A stretch of 64,000 nucleotides of DNA, taken from positions 6,634,001 through 6,698,000 of the forward strand of contig OZ249441.1 in the NCBI GenBank assembly GCA_965235115.1. The letters are read 5' to 3'. The stretch is from Laetmonice hystrix. Lineage: Eukaryota. Positions 1 to 13,640 of this stretch are shown here, piece by piece; position 1 is the stretch's first letter; every line of letters begins with the position of its first letter. The position numbers were made by a program, and so were the translations under genes. The notes under the pieces were generated by a model, which had not been told where the DNA came from, made no database searches, and saw only the letters and a program-made list of their open reading frames with translations.

Positions 1-214
1 AATCAGGATCTTACCGTCATTTCTGATGTTTTTGACCATGAGGAATAAATTTACACAACCCGTTAGTGATAGACAGCTGAATGGTTATGGCCAAAACAGT
101 AACGGTTCCACATTTTTCAAGATGGCCACCATGTATCTGCGCCGATTATTCGTGTGGTTTTTAAACATCGGAATGCTGAAGTTCAATATTTATAATCTGA
201 ATCAATCTTTAGTG

Positions 215-1900
215 ATGAAACATTGTCCCAGACATTTACAACAGCTTGTGCATGCTTGATTTGCGACATCCACACCTGCATGTATAGCGTAACTTGATGC
301 ACAAGTGCAGCTGATGAGGTCCAAGCATGATTCTGGAAGAGGTGGAAGTGTTAGAAGATCTGGACAGAGATGATTTTTATCTAACTTATACTTCCATCCA
401 CAGTCTGTTGCCGCTGGGATTTGAGCCTGAGGTTACACAGCAATTAGCCAAATCATGGACCGCCGATGTGCTCGTCTATAGATACAGCATCACTCGTGCA
501 TGGGTGGCAAGCTTAAAGGCACGGTAAACACCCACGGCAAATAAGGTTTCGTAGACCAAATGAAACACCAGCATTTACCTCAGGGCAATAAATGACACAA
601 TTGCATTGTCTGAATGAAGTAATTAACGTGTAACTGCCCGATGTGTGACGCAACTGGTTCTGCTTGTGTGTTCAACGCCTCGGACGTTTACAAACGTTGG
701 GACTCCAAACATCGTGTAGACAAGGTCTGTGAGCAGAGTAACACGTAATGTTACGCAATACGCCGCGGTGTGCAGCATTCGGCTCTGATGAACACACAAG
801 AAGGTCAAGGTAAGAACCAGCGGCGTCATACATCGGGCGGTTACTTCAGGGACTTTATTGCCCTGAGTTAAATGCTGGTGTTTCATTTGGTCTATGAAAC
901 CTTATTTGCCGTGGGTGTTTACCCTGCCTTTAACAGTTTTTTTTGAAGAGAACTGAACTGAGTACTTCATTAGTTGCACTTTTCCAATTTTCAATGGTTT
1001 CCGTTGTGAGAGGTTCTGTGCCTAGGTTTGAGATAAGTGAGATAAGTTCATTGTGTTTCCGGAACACTCCCAAAGCTCTCTTCTTTAAATGACCTGCCAG
1101 AAAAGAAGTTGTAACACAATCAACTTTCTTGCACAATTCCTGCATGGGGATGGATTTCTGGTCAGTTCGAAAACTACCATCAGTAGCTTCCAAAGCAAGA
1201 GGAACGGGAAGAAGTTCATGTTTCAGCATGTCATCGAGGTCCACTTCACGTCCTGCTTCATAGGAAATTATCAGGCTCTGAAGGATTGACCTGTCTGCTT
1301 TCAGTGATACCTTCTGTGTATCTCTTCTTCTGACCTCATTTAACTTGGCAAAGGTGGCTGACTTATTTCGCATTTTTGTATCGTGAAATTTCTTTCGGTC
1401 TGTTCTCACCCCTCCTTCCTCAGCAGGCACCAATCTTTCTTGGAGAAATTGAGTTGTCCTTGCCAATTCTTCCTTGCTTTTAGAAGAAATTCTGTGATTT
1501 CCTCTGTTGCTTGGTCCTTTTTTTTACAAAATGTTGTAATCTGTCACGTGTGTTGTTTGCAAACACACCAAAGGCAATGAGCTTTGGCATGGCACATTTC
1601 TTACCAGTGCCATTGAGCCATTCCTGGCCTTGGTCTCCGTCAACATGGTTAAATCTGCCATGCCCTACTTTTACTACAAAGTTCTCATCTCTAAATTCAT
1701 TCCTTATCTCGTCAGGTATCTCTGCTAGGGAGACAGCTCCGCATTTGGCATAGTTGGCATGATTGTACTGGTGAATGTATGGCAACATCGATTTGAATCA
1801 GATGTAAATCCCAAAGCCCAGCTCGGCTTGCTCGTGTGAACAAAAGTAGGATGCTTACCATAGGCTTATAGGGCATAGGGCATTTAACATAGGGCGAGCG
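215..1900 (-). mobile_element. Decayed Academ-like DNA transposase remnant (transposase-region motifs, XPG/FEN1-like nuclease fragment, C-terminal Cys-rich finger), interrupted by a MITE
   Basis: Minus-strand fragments in shifting frames: MVSILLLFTRASRAGLWDLHL (~1790-1870), MLPYIHQYNHANYAK..NFVVKVGHGRFNHVDGDQGQEWLN (1480-1788), LKADRSILQSLIISYEAGREVDLDDMLKHELLPVPLALEATDG and CVTTSFLAGHLKKRAL (930-1466). Beyond the MITE the frame continues SLPP..RRAHRRSMIW..IPAATDCGW..PLPESCLDLISCTC..CTSCCKCLGQC (~215-512). Stops and frameshifts are present. The Academ assignment is from recalled family architecture, not a database search. Confidence 0.65.
513..933. mobile_element. Non-autonomous MITE with ~80-bp terminal inverted repeats and TTAA target duplication (Kolobok/piggyBac-type termini)
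   Basis: TTAA (513-516) AGGCACGGTAAACACCCACGGCAAATAAGGTTTC... is the near-perfect reverse complement of ...GAAACCTTATTTGCCGTGGGTGTTTACCCTGCCT TTAA (930-933). Confidence 0.85.
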
Positions 1901-3649
1901 TACACCTCTCCAAACATCGGCCTTTCTTTTGACAATTAAATATTTCTTAAGTATGAAGTGTACTTTTTCTAACATAAGAGATGTTGGCTCTGATGTATAG
2001 TAAGTTTGATAACAAAGAGAACAGTAATTGTGGAGTTATCAGTTAGAACGTTTTTTCAATGGGCCTCTCAATGCTAAATGAACGGAACCGGAATTTGGCT
2101 GGCCCCAGTTTGGGCCTCCAAACCGCATTTCTCGTCGATTCACGCATTGTGACGTGACATACTTAAGCTCCCTTTGCGTTGTTGCCTCCCCATGAAGAAC
2201 AAAACATTGTGCGCGACTTTTGATCCGGGGCAAATGTCATACGGGCTAACAAGGCCCACGTAAATGAAGCACATGGCTTTAGATCGATGTTCGTGACTTT
2301 GAGGATTAGGCGGCACTGTGGACGCACACCTTGACATCGCCCTACTTTCGTATCCATCCGCGGCTACTTCACACTACCACCGGTCAGAAAAACCTCCAGT
2401 AATTGTTACAATGTCTAGGGAAAAGGTTTGGACCCATATGCAACTTCGTCTTGGTTAAAACCATATGAAGTATCATATGCGATATTCCCTTGCAATTTGT
2501 TTCAGATAAATTTGATCATAAGATAGATCTACATTATAGAGCAGTGAGAGGAAAAAGATTAATACATTTTGTACTATTTCCTTTCGAATCAGGTCTAACT
2601 ATAGTCACAAGGGCCATGTGTATCATGACCTTTAGTACTGAGGCACTTGCAAGTGAATTTCGAGCTTATTTCTTGACAATGTCAGAATGACTTCATCAAC
2701 ACGTCAAGCAACGTTTTTCTTCATTTACATTGATTGACTACGTAAAATAATACCTATCGTCTAGCTGGCTGGAAAAACCATCAAGCATTCTTTCTGTTCT
2801 AATTCGGTGGAGAATAAAGAAAAGCAGATCATGTTAAAACTTTCGTGATTCTGCAATTATTGGCTCACTCAGACTTCAGATTTCAACCGCTAGTTTTCAT
2901 GACATGTTTGGCACCTAGGCTCAGCTTATCTGGAATTACGAGATGACAGATTCGGAACAAAACAGCATGGTAAGCGTTCTATTAGTAGGTATTTGGATAG
3001 GTTAATAACAACGCCAGAAACACTACTGATGATCATGAACGAAGGATGGCATTTCTCATATGTCTGCTCGCGATAAACGAATAGCAACATTTTTTAGACC
3101 TAAGCCGCTCGAGGTGTCTGCTAAGATTAGGCTATTTTAAAAAAGGGAAGCTGAATTGGTTTAGACACCAAAACAAAAATATGCAAAGAAACAAACAAAC
3201 AAGAACATTAAAACGTATAAAATATAGGCAGCTTTGTCCATGAAATCATTTCATCTTTCACTTAATCGAAATCTCGGCCGGAAGTCTAGTGTCCATGGAT
3301 TCAAACATAATTCTAGGTCAAATATTTTGATTTTGACTGCTGCTTTAAATTTGTCGCAGTGGTTTACATATCAAAATTAATTTGATGAATTTCATTTAAT
3401 GAATTTGATTCTTTGATGAATCATATTCATATAAGACAAGTTGGTATACAGCTGTGAAGCATACAGATTAACCGTTTCTCAATGACTTTACCTTATGTTT
3501 AACAGAACAGTCATGGGTAATCAGACCAATGCAGACAATTTCTTAAAAGGAAACGTACGTACTATCAATTAGGATCTATAATTCATATTAGGGTTTTTAA
3601 AATTTGAGCGTAGGTAACGTTTAATTACACGGCCATGCAGATAAACATA

Positions 3650-3888
3650 ATAATAGTCAATTTCCACAACTTTGACGAATAGATGGGTAGGACAGGCACC
3701 AATCTAATTCTAACCTGAATCAGTATTAACACAATCATGGTCAATTCCCACGACTTTGAAGAATAGATGGGTAGGGCAGGCACCAATCTAATTCTAACCT
3801 GAATCAACATAATCATGGTCAATTCCCACGACTTTGACGAATAGATGGGTAGGGCAGGCACCAGTATAATTCTAACCTGAATCAGTAT
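3650..3888. repeat. ~75-80-bp tandem repeat, about 3 copies
   Basis: Recurring caatcatggtcaattcccacgactttga(c/a)gaatagatgggtagggcaggcaccaatctaattctaacctgaatc. Confidence 0.85.
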
Positions 3889-4596
3889 TCACGTCCGAAC
3901 ATTTCATATATTTGAAAAATTTATTAGGAGAGATAGGAATTTTATGGAGACTATGAATCACGAACGCAATCAGGAAATCTTACAAGGCTAGGCTATAACA
4001 ACAGGCTCGTTATTAACAGCGGCCTTGGCACATTTGATAAGGCCTACTTGAGGGAGGTAAAATGGTACGTGCATGACAGTGCCGAATTCCTCATTAGTAG
4101 CAGTCTAATTTTGATGGATGATTTGGTCGTAGCCTCCCCGCGCCTGCTGGACAATGTCTACCTGAGGCCTTAAGCTTTACCAGGGATAATTAAACGTCAG
4201 CCAATAAAAGTATAGCTGGACACTAGGATTGGTCCGGGATGCCTGTCGTCTCCTTCTTGGATCCGCCAGTACTTGATACATAGTTGAAAACACGATTCAA
4301 GGAGCAATACAGAATGCACTTTTAAAGATTCCTTGAGTACTCCAGCCGGCCCCAAGCCGAGAATGGCATGGAAATGAATTGCATTCTAGTTCCGACCGTA
4401 ATGAGTATTCTGGGCTGTCACGTCGTATTAAACTCCGAATTAATCAAACACGTGTATTGTGCTGGCGACAAGGACCGGACGTGTGCCTCCTCTGGGTACA
4501 TTATTCCGGATGCAGGGTGCCGGTTTTTATAATCACTCTATCCTACTCAATCCGGCAAGATACTGTACAGGGCCGGGACTTCTCGCTCGATGTATT

Positions 4597-5305
4597 TACG
4601 GTGGCCGAGAAGTACAGTACGGCTCGGCTATAATAGTAAACCTCGGCTCGGCTAACCTTAAACCTCGGCTCGGCTGACAAAATCTACTAAACAGTAAACC
4701 TCGGCACGGCTAACCTTAAACCTCGGCTCGGCTGACAAAATCTATACTAAACCTCGGCACGGCTAACCCCAAACCTCGGCAAGGCTAACCCCGAACCTCG
4801 AGCGGCACGGCTAACCCTGAACCTCGGCACGGCTAACCCCGAACCTCGGCACGGCTAACCCCAAACCTTGGCTCGGCTGTGCGCGCTGAATCGAATTTTG
4901 AGCGATAATTGGGGCGAGAAAGATATGGCTATGGTCTGACAAAATTGTAAGAAAAAAGTTTCTCTACCTGTACGCCTATATTCTCTGACACATTTTTGCC
5001 CTAGAGGTAGAACTGCAGTAAATTCTATTAACAATGATTTATTATACAACATGAATCAAAATTAGACTGCAATTCTCATGATCTTCATCCATGGTGGTCC
5101 CTTTAAAATAGCCCTCTAGTGGACTAATCTGGTACTATGGCCTACAGCCTAGTCGAGGCGAGGTTTGGGGTCAGCCGAGGCGAGGTTTATGGCTAGCCGA
5201 GCTGAGGTTTGGTAGTTTGCGGTTAACCGAGCAGAGGTTACAGTATGCCGAGCCGAGGTTTGGTAGTTTGGGGTTAGCCGAGCCGAGCCGCGGTGCACTA
5301 CCGTA
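4597..5305. mobile_element. MITE A: TA-flanked foldback element with subterminal 20-22-bp repeats
   Basis: TA|CGGTGGCCGAGAAGTACA at 4597-4616. Arrays of aaacctcggc(t/a)cggctaacc on the left and inverted copies on the right. Ends gtgcactaccg|TA at 5303-5305. Confidence 0.75.
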
Positions 5306-5306
5306 C

Positions 5307-6336
5307 TACTGTGGCCGAGAAGTGCACCACGGCTCGGCGTACTGTAAAACCTCGGCTCGGCCACCCAAACCTCGGCTCGGCTAACCCCAAACTACCAAAC
5401 CTCGGCTCGGCCAACTCCAAACCTCGGCTTGGCTGACCCCAAACCTCGGCTCGGCTGACCCCAAACCTCGGCTCGGCTAGACATAGGTAAACCTCGGCTC
5501 GGCTACCAGTACCAGATTAGTCCACTAGAGGGCTACCAGGTATCCACCACCCATACTTACCAGGTGGCGTCAGTTATTTCCTTTTAAATCATTCTTAAAA
5601 GAATTTACTGCAGTTCTACCTTTAGGGCAAAAATGTGTCAGAGAATAGGCCTACAAGTAGAGAAAATCGATTCTTACAATTTTGTCAGACCATGGCATAC
5701 AGCTAGATTGATACTGATAAAACTGTGTAGTTGGAGGGAAGGCTGACTCTCTTTCTCGCCCCAGTTATCGCTCAATATTCGATTCAGGGTGCACAACAAT
5801 GAGTGGTCCACTCACTGTGCTTTCCGCCAGTAAATTTACTTAACCCAAGAAAAAGAGTAGACCTGTCGAATTTAGAAGCACGGTTCATCCTGACCCTAGA
5901 TTCTACTGAGCAACTCCAAGTCATTTAAGATAATTGCTCATAGACAGAGACTTTTTTAACGAGCATGCTTTCTCGACATCCCGAGGCGGCGTTTTAGTTT
6001 GACAAGATCCGACAGATGTCACTAGTGAGCTACCGAGTTGGGGTTAGCCGTGCCGGGGTTTGGGGTTAGCCGTGCCGAGGTTTGGGTTTAGCCGTGCCGA
6101 GGTTTAGGGTTAGCCGTGCCGAGGTTTGAGGGTAGCCGTGCCGAGGTTTGGGGTTAGCTGTGCCGAGGTTTGGGGTTAGCCGTGCCGAGGTTTAGTAGAT
6201 TTTGGTAGCCGAGCCGAGGTTTAGGGTTAGCCGAGACGAGGTTTAGTAGATTTTGCTAGCCGAGCCGAGGTTTAGGGTTAGCCGAGACGAGGTTTACTGT
6301 TATAGCCGAGCCGTAGTGCACTTCTCGGCCACCGTA
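5307..6336. mobile_element. MITE B: same family as A, inverted orientation, TA-flanked
   Basis: TA|CTGTGGCCGAGAAGTGCA at 5307-5326 and TGCACTTCTCGGCCACCG|TA at 6317-6336. The internal segment 5508-5800 is a diverged reverse complement of A's internal segment 4878-5136. Confidence 0.8.
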
Positions 6337-7969
6337 CTACGCCACAGTACGTGTTCACCCTACCGCCCGTCCGCGATTTTCTCAAGCCAGGGCGGGGAAC
6401 TAGCGGTAATCTATTTATAGATCACAGAGGATGGAGCGAATCGGCGTGGAAGCCAACGGAGACATATTTTTCCATTCCGCTTTTAATATACTTTCGCTTA
6501 TCGCTCGACCCTGAAATTCTATTATGGTGTCCCTGGGGTTCAAAGGTAAGTATCTGAGGAATTTTTGCTGTAACTTTAATTTCCCAGATAGGGGAGTCCA
6601 ATAACCATGGCCAAAGGTAGACACCGAAAACGCCCGATAATAGGTCATTCCTAGAACCATGCAAGCCGACCTTGAACCCATGGCTTTGACGTCATATCAG
6701 CAGGCCTATATAACTAACTTTGGGTGAGTAATGAATGCGCGAATAAGTGGTCTAACGCCATGGCGGCATTTAAGGCCTCTTTATAGGGAGGGAATTTTTT
6801 TATGGACCCTATTATTGCCCGTTCGGCCTGGAGGTGATGGTGATGGTGGTGCTGGTAGAAGACGATAATGATGATAAACGAGACTGAGAGAACCTGTAGT
6901 CACCTTACATACACGGCATCCTGCTTCGGAACAGCTGACATACTCTATCTCCAACAACTTGACCAACCTGAAGCCCACCTACCACATGTCTCTTTGTCAC
7001 CATATATAAGTGTTCTTACTGCGGCAGGATTTAAAGCTCGGCCTCAACTTTAAAGCATATTTTTCATCCCTGCCTCTGAAAAGAATTGTGTATAGCGTAT
7101 GATTATCTCCTTTCATGTTCTCTCTTACCGCCTTCACCACTCCATGGGTAATCCTATACCATAATACTAACTTCATACGAGAGGTAAACTTACACCCTCG
7201 CGGGATAAGTTCATCCACTCTCCGTTATAAAGAAGATTGCTCCTTCCGCCATACAATTTGAGGCTGGATAGACGCTGTGTGACTAATAAAAAAGTGAACT
7301 AAAAGTCATATTTTTTAATTAACCTAGACCTTACGTGTATGTTTTAAAGTCCACATAATATAGGCTGTAGTATAGTTATCATTATACATGTAGAGGTTAC
7401 ATTAGGTTACATAAGTATAATATTATCGGACTTACACCGCTAGTTTTCTGGCATCCAGCATTCCTTGTCGGCGTTTGTTCTAGGTAAGGTTACCTTGCCC
7501 TTTCCCCACGGAAGGGGGGAATATCACCCTCTGTAGCCAGAGAAGGGGCAGGTGCCCTTATCTCATCATGGAGAAGGTAGGGTTGTGCTTCCAATCCACA
7601 ATGTCACAGCAGTTCTCTGAGCAAGTACCCCTGGGTCCAGTTCATATACAGTTCATAAACTGATGAGCTTCAAGCTCAAAAAGTGAATTAAAATCAGCCC
7701 GTTTTCATGGAAATAAAAAGAGCTTATTACAGTATACCTCAATTATGCTGACTTTAACATGTCTTTTTGACATTGAACCAACTAATAACGTCAAGATGTA
7801 CCGTATTAGAATAAAAAGAGATTTTTTTTATATAATTAGTGGTGTTCTAATTAAGTTAAATGAATGTAAATTGATGGAATATAACATTGATAGGTCTTTG
7901 GTCCTTTTTGAATTTCATTATCGTCAACAGCGATTGGGGAGGTATAAAAGAACCTTCATGTCGTCTCAT

Positions 7970-8065
7970 CATTAAGTTTATCATAGTTATTTACTTTATC
8001 ATAGTTATTAAGTTTATCATAGTCATTAAGTTTGTCATAGTTATTAAGTTTATCATAGTTATTAC
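7970..8065. repeat. 18-bp AT-rich tandem repeat, about 5 copies
   Basis: Repeats of ttaagtttatcatagtta. Confidence 0.75.
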
Positions 8066-8245
8066 CAAACTCAATCACTCCAGAAGCTGGGCTGTTACCC
8101 CAATTAAATTTACCAACTAATAGTACTTCAGACGTTCTTAATCTTTGTTTGGGTCACGGACATGGACATTCTGGTTTAGGCTGTAGACCCTTTCTCAAGA
8201 AATGAGTCATAGCACCACGGTGCTGCTGAGGGTTGGGGGGGGGGG

Positions 8246-8505
8246 TGTTTGAGTGTTTGGGGTTTTACGCCTTGCAACAGCCAGGGTCATATCACGGCGG
8301 TGAAGATGATGATGAAAGTCAGTTTTTCTTGGTGGAGGAAACCGGAGTACCCGGAGGAAATCACCGGCCTTCGGGGAGGAACTGACTGACAAACCTTTCA
8401 CATAATGCAGCCCTGGCCGGAGTTTGAACCTGGACCGCAGTGGTGTGAGGCGATGATCTCAGGTGTCATGAGCCAACACCTTTAGACCACTCGGAACCAC
8501 CCCAG
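8246..8505 (-). mobile_element. tRNA-derived SINE with a conserved central core (Meta/V-type core resemblance)
   Basis: Minus strand: A-box-like TGGTTCCGAGTGGT (~8486-8499), B-box GGTTCAAACTCC (8419-8430), core GGTGATTTCCTCCGGGTACTCCGGTTTCCTCCACC (~8331-8365), tail ...GCGTAAAACCCCAAACACTCAAAC. Family resemblance is from memory. Confidence 0.75.
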
Positions 8506-8744
8506 CCCCCACCCCACCCCGGTGCCAACGGAAGCCCCAGCCATGTACGGGGAGTACGTCCATTTCCGTGATGGACACATTATATCCATGATCCGGTACT
8601 TACTGTCAGTCCGGATTCTACTCCAATTATCATGGACAGGCTAAACCCAAATCTCACCCAGCTTCAGCCAACTGAAAACGACGGCCTCGGATGTTCAATT
8701 TTGCAGTTTGCAGTTGGGATTGGGATTGGGATTATATGTCCCAT

Positions 8745-8910
8745 TGATTGACACATGTTATATGTCCCATTGATTGACACATGTTATATGTCCCATTGAT
8801 TGACACATGTTATATGTCCCATTGATTGACACATGTTATATGTCCCATTGATTGACACATGTTATTATGTCCCATTGATTGACACATGTTATGTCCTATT
8901 GATTGACATA
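8745..8910. repeat. 26-bp minisatellite, about 6 copies
   Basis: Unit tatatgtcccattgattgacacatgt. Confidence 0.9.
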
Positions 8911-9709
8911 ATGTTTCACGTTGTCACCATAAACAGTAACCCTAATCAAACCGTCCAAATCAAACCCAGGATTACGCTGAATAGTGAAAATTAATAGTGT
9001 TACGTATTCGTATTAGTTAGTTGAGAATTGTCTGTACAATAGAATAGAACAATACGAAATAGAACAGTACGCTATCCTGTAATTCTATATACTGAGTGAT
9101 ATTTCGCAGGTGATATTATAGGAAATCTTATGTGATAAGAATTATTTCTTCATTCAAGTCATTAACTGCTGTCTGTCTGACTGTCTATCTGTCTCTCTCC
9201 CTCTCTCTCCCTCCTCTGTCTCTCTACATACAGATATTCCTCACTAACTCAGTATAAGAATAAGAATGAACGCATTTGGAAAGAATGATCTTTACTGTGT
9301 TCAACGAGTATCAAATGCATGCTTATTGAAGTCGAATATGTATTGTTTGCCCGAGCCGCAAAAAAATCTCCTGACAATTTATTATTAAAAACGTCTCAAA
9401 ACATTTGTAGATTACTGACCTGAATTATTTTTTCATTGTCATTCCTGGCCTCAGCTGCTCAGAGGCTCCTACTGAATATGTGGAGGGGGCACTAGAGAAC
9501 GTCTACATGGTGCTGGCAAAATTTACAGTAGAAACCTCGACGCGCAGGTGCCCACCCTTGGTGGTGGTGGTGGTGGTGGGGGGGGGGGGGGGGGGTCCAG
9601 TACAGTACGGTATGTTCCGGCAAAACGTGTGGGGGGGGGGGGGGCTCCTGACCTGAGACCTACATGCAAGCACTTGTTGGTGCCTTGCGTCCCCATTTCA
9701 TCCTTGAAA

Positions 9710-9964
9710 GTCGTGTCTCACGAATTTGGCCAAATTAGCGTTATGTGTGGTCAGCAGGAAACATCACAAAAACTACTTCATCTGATCTGATCTTCATCTG
9801 ATTTGATCTTCAATTTCTTCTAATTTGATCTTCATCATCATTCATATAAGATTGTTAACAGGAATTACTTCCCTTGCCAATGTGACAAAGCAGATGATGT
9901 ACTTTTGTGAAATTTCCTGCTGACCACACGTAACGCAAATTTGGCCAAATTCGTGAGACATGAC
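9710..9964. mobile_element. MITE-like element with ~70-bp inverted repeats
   Basis: gtcgtgtctcacgaatttggccaaattagcgttatgtgtggtcagcaggaaa is inverted at tttcctgctgaccacacgtaacgcaaatttggccaaattcgtgagacatgac. Confidence 0.7.
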
Positions 9965-11074
9965 CAACAGGGCATTTTCCTTTTAAATTTATTTTCAGAA
10001 CTTATACATTTGAAAACACAATGCTACATGAATTCACTCCAAATATTTCACTATAATATAATTTTACTGAGTTAATTACAGCATTGTTTTTACAGAACTT
10101 GATAACATATGTTACATACCATTTTCCTCGAACAACCCGCTCCTGTAGTAGGGTATAAGACTTTACATCGTTACTTTTCATCTTGTATAAATGCTCATGT
10201 CTTCTTGGATGCTAATCTATCATCAGACAATCGATTATCATTCTATGCATTTGCAAACAATAATATATTATTATAGGTGCAAAGCCGAAGTCCATATGAC
10301 ACAGATAAAACTTCAAGAAAGAAATTTAATTAGAGACGACAGAAAAACCACGCGACCCATTCATTGATTATCAATATGCATGTCTCCTCTTTAATCGAAG
10401 AAAAACATCGAGCTTTTAATAATTTTTTTATCATTCTTCAATGATTCTGTGTAAGTAGACCTGCCACAATCTTTGATCATACTCCATCAAACGTCCCAGG
10501 GTTTTAAATAATGTAGGTTTCTATAAGCATCAAAGCCCCGGAAACATAAACTAACGTTCGTCCATTATTTATCAGCTGTGTTAATTAGACCCATGGACGC
10601 GATGAGGACGCCAGCGACTTTTCGTGTTGTTCCAATCATTCCCCGGCTATAAATTTAATCATTATGGAATGTGCTGGAGCGAACCATTAATTGCTCCTGG
10701 AACAGTTTGCATAATTGAATAGGTCCCAGTGGAGCTGGTGGTCATATATAATTGTAATGAAAAGATTTTTAATGGTTTGATGATATATCTGAACCTACGG
10801 TACTAAACATGTTTTGGAAAGATTGTGAGGAGGGTTTAATCACAAAGTAACACATGTTTAGAGCCTGACGTGCTGTGTTATACGTGCTTAACACTGTTTT
10901 CAGAGTATATAGGTCGGTGGTTGGTCAAACCCCTGTGGTATAATTAAAACTGGGCATTACAACCTGTGGTTCCCAACGCGTACACATATATCTACAAAGG
11001 TCTCTCATTATCTAGCTTCACAATAAAAACCACAGTGATAAACTCCCGCATACCGAATATGTGTATCTCCGTAC

Positions 11075-11284
11075 TATAGTCTGTTCGCTCTAAGAAGAGC
11101 TCGACCTCGGCCTCATTAAAGCTCTGACCTGCCCCCCTCCTCCCGTCTACCCACAGCTGGCGTATCACAAGTCATCACCGCCTGTCATTCAAGAATATGA
11201 CCGAATTCCACGTGGTTCTGTATTACCCCAAATGAAGTAGCTTTAATGAGGCCGAGGTCGAGCTCTTAGAGCGAACAGACTATA
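11075..11284. mobile_element. TA-flanked MITE with ~45-bp TIRs
   Basis: TAtagtctgttcgctctaagaagagctcgacctcggcctcattaaagct ... agctttaatgaggccgaggtcgagctcttagagcgaacagactaTA. Confidence 0.8.
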
Positions 11285-13640
11285 CTTAGGACGGGGTCTA
11301 CTGGCAGAGCACATTCCTATACCACAACTGGGGTCTCATTCGTCCCTTTATCTACCAGCATCCAGACAGATACATTATTACTAATAGGATCCTGCCGACA
11401 TTGAACACTCTGCAATGGACACTAAACATGCATACCTCTAGATCTATATAAGGTGACATACCTAGAAAATATTTTCAGCTTTGTCACAACCCTTGGGATT
11501 CCGTGTCCCTTTCAAAAGGGGATACCAATAAACAAAAATCCCAGGAGGGCAGTGTCCCCTGAACATTAACCAGATAGGCCTTCCGCGTGATAGCGCGTCA
11601 TTACGCCGGTCGAGCTGGGGTTTGGGTTACAAAAAATGGAAATTCCAGGGAGGGGGCAGTTTATGAATAAAGGATTTGGAAGACAGTATAGTGGCAACTG
11701 TGTAGGGGGCCTAGTCCCTCCAGTCGGTCCCTGAACATGATATGGTATCAAGTGAGACATGGATGCGTTAAGCCCCCTAAAGACTAGAGCCTGGTAGTCA
11801 ACGTCTCCGAGAACTGGAGGAGATAGAAGAGATACTTCAAAGCATCTGGATCAGTTCAGGAACCCGAAAAGATACAGTTCTCGGGATTGCTACACGTGAT
11901 CAGGGATGAAGCGCTCTACGTCCACGAAACGTTCGAAATTCCAGACGAAGAAAAGGATAAGTTGGGGCTCTTTTTGCAGCGATTTGAAAGGTAGATCTAC
12001 TGCCCTTGTTGCAGCGATTTGAAAGGTATACTGCCCTTGTTGCAGCGATTTGAAAGGTACTGGAGTGGGACTAATGGCCGGGTTGTGGTATATTGGGGAT
12101 TGGAATGTTGCCATGGGGCTGGGAGTGGGTATTGGAGATTGTCGGGGGGGGGGGGGGGGGGGCATTGAAGGCTTTGCTTTACACTAATGCTTTGTCCGTA
12201 TGTAGCATATCAAGCAGGCAATTGCCAATCTAAACATGTAACTTTTTTTTGCCTGCACACGCTGACATTAGTCAATGCAGGGAAGGGCGTTCCTGGATGA
12301 TTTTTTCTATTTTTTTAATTCTTCACTCAACGTTTTATACTTGTATCTTGAGCCTATCATAGTAGGCTGTTGAGCAGCGTCAATGGATGATCTAAAAATT
12401 GTGTGTGTCATGATTCGTGCCATATTGAAGTGTAGGAGTTCCACACCAGGGGAACTGGTGTCGATATGACCCGCTAGGGGGCTTCTCTCTCACACATTCG
12501 TCTTCATCGCAAGTAGGGTGGCTTACGGGGTTCTCAGAAAGAATTAGGGACCGCGGAAGCCCTGAAAACCCTTTTTTTTAATACAAGTTTTTTAAATAAA
12601 AAAAATCTCCAATAGTATTTGCGGGCCATCCTAAACTGCAGCACCCCCCCCTGTTCCGTGAATAGTGTGCATCATTGTTGGTGGCAGGAAGCGTAGGTCT
12701 GTTCGCCGTTGTATGGGGGAGGGGGTGCGCATGTGGCGACTGGACGCTGTTCGGGGGGGGGGGGGGAAGAGTGATGCTTGCTCGGAAAGTTGGGTCCACC
12801 ATCACTTACTGAACAAAAAACAATGTAAAAACAATTCTTTACGCTTTACAGGAGAAACAAAAATTATGGATCGGTTAATTTATGCTACATAGGCCTAAGG
12901 TTGGCCTCCCATACACTTGTTCAGTGTTAATATAGGTCTTCTGCCTACTTAGGAAACATGGAAAAAACGATTTTTTCCTTCTTTCAAGAGGCAATGATCT
13001 AACTTTACTTTCTAATTTGACCTTTCTGGGTTGTCGATCATCTTGATGAATTACTGCATCTATAACTAAATAAATATAGTTCTGCTTAGCTGGCCATTAA
13101 TATTTCAAGGGCATAAGTCGTTGGTCCTCACCAAAGCCATGCGTGGGGCCTACACTATCACAATTTTACCCAACTTTGTCCAACCAATTGGGGTCGGCAG
13201 CCGATACTCGTGATCGTGTACGGCAGTCAGTCGGGAGTCGGGCACAGTCGGGAGAGTGTACGGTCGGCTTAAGTCTATACTCTTTCCAGATTACACCAGA
13301 GTCTTGTTAGTCAGTCTTATTCGCGGCTCTCTATATCAGAATGATCGCAACCTTTGGCCAGTGTTTGATAAGGGTCGGTCCTATACAACGTCATGATTAG
13401 TTCACGACGATTCATACAACCTCACCTTTCACATTTATCTCTATCATAAGATACACATTTATACTCAATATTACTGAAGACAGTTTCGTCCTGATTTAGG
13501 GAAACAGGTAGGTTTGTCACTCGTTATTTCGCAGAGTAGAGAAAGCTTCTCTCCAGAATTCGTTACTGAGAGGTTTTACCGAGAGAAGGCCTTCATATCA
13601 GATTATGTGCACGAAATCAACTGAGTGCCCAGATACACAG

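Noticed and set aside
6997-7218. 73-aa ORF vaguely like the C-terminal tail of a LINE reverse transcriptase
   Set aside because: No diagnostic motif; too short to support.
8400-8505. tRNA gene
   Set aside because: A and B boxes are present, but there is no full cloverleaf and a SINE core and tail follow; treated as a SINE head.
9570-12165. Poly-G tracts as regulatory G-quadruplexes or an ABCB1 promoter
   Set aside because: Homopolymer runs are common in such genomes and error-prone; no transcript evidence locates the promoter or a non-coding first exon.
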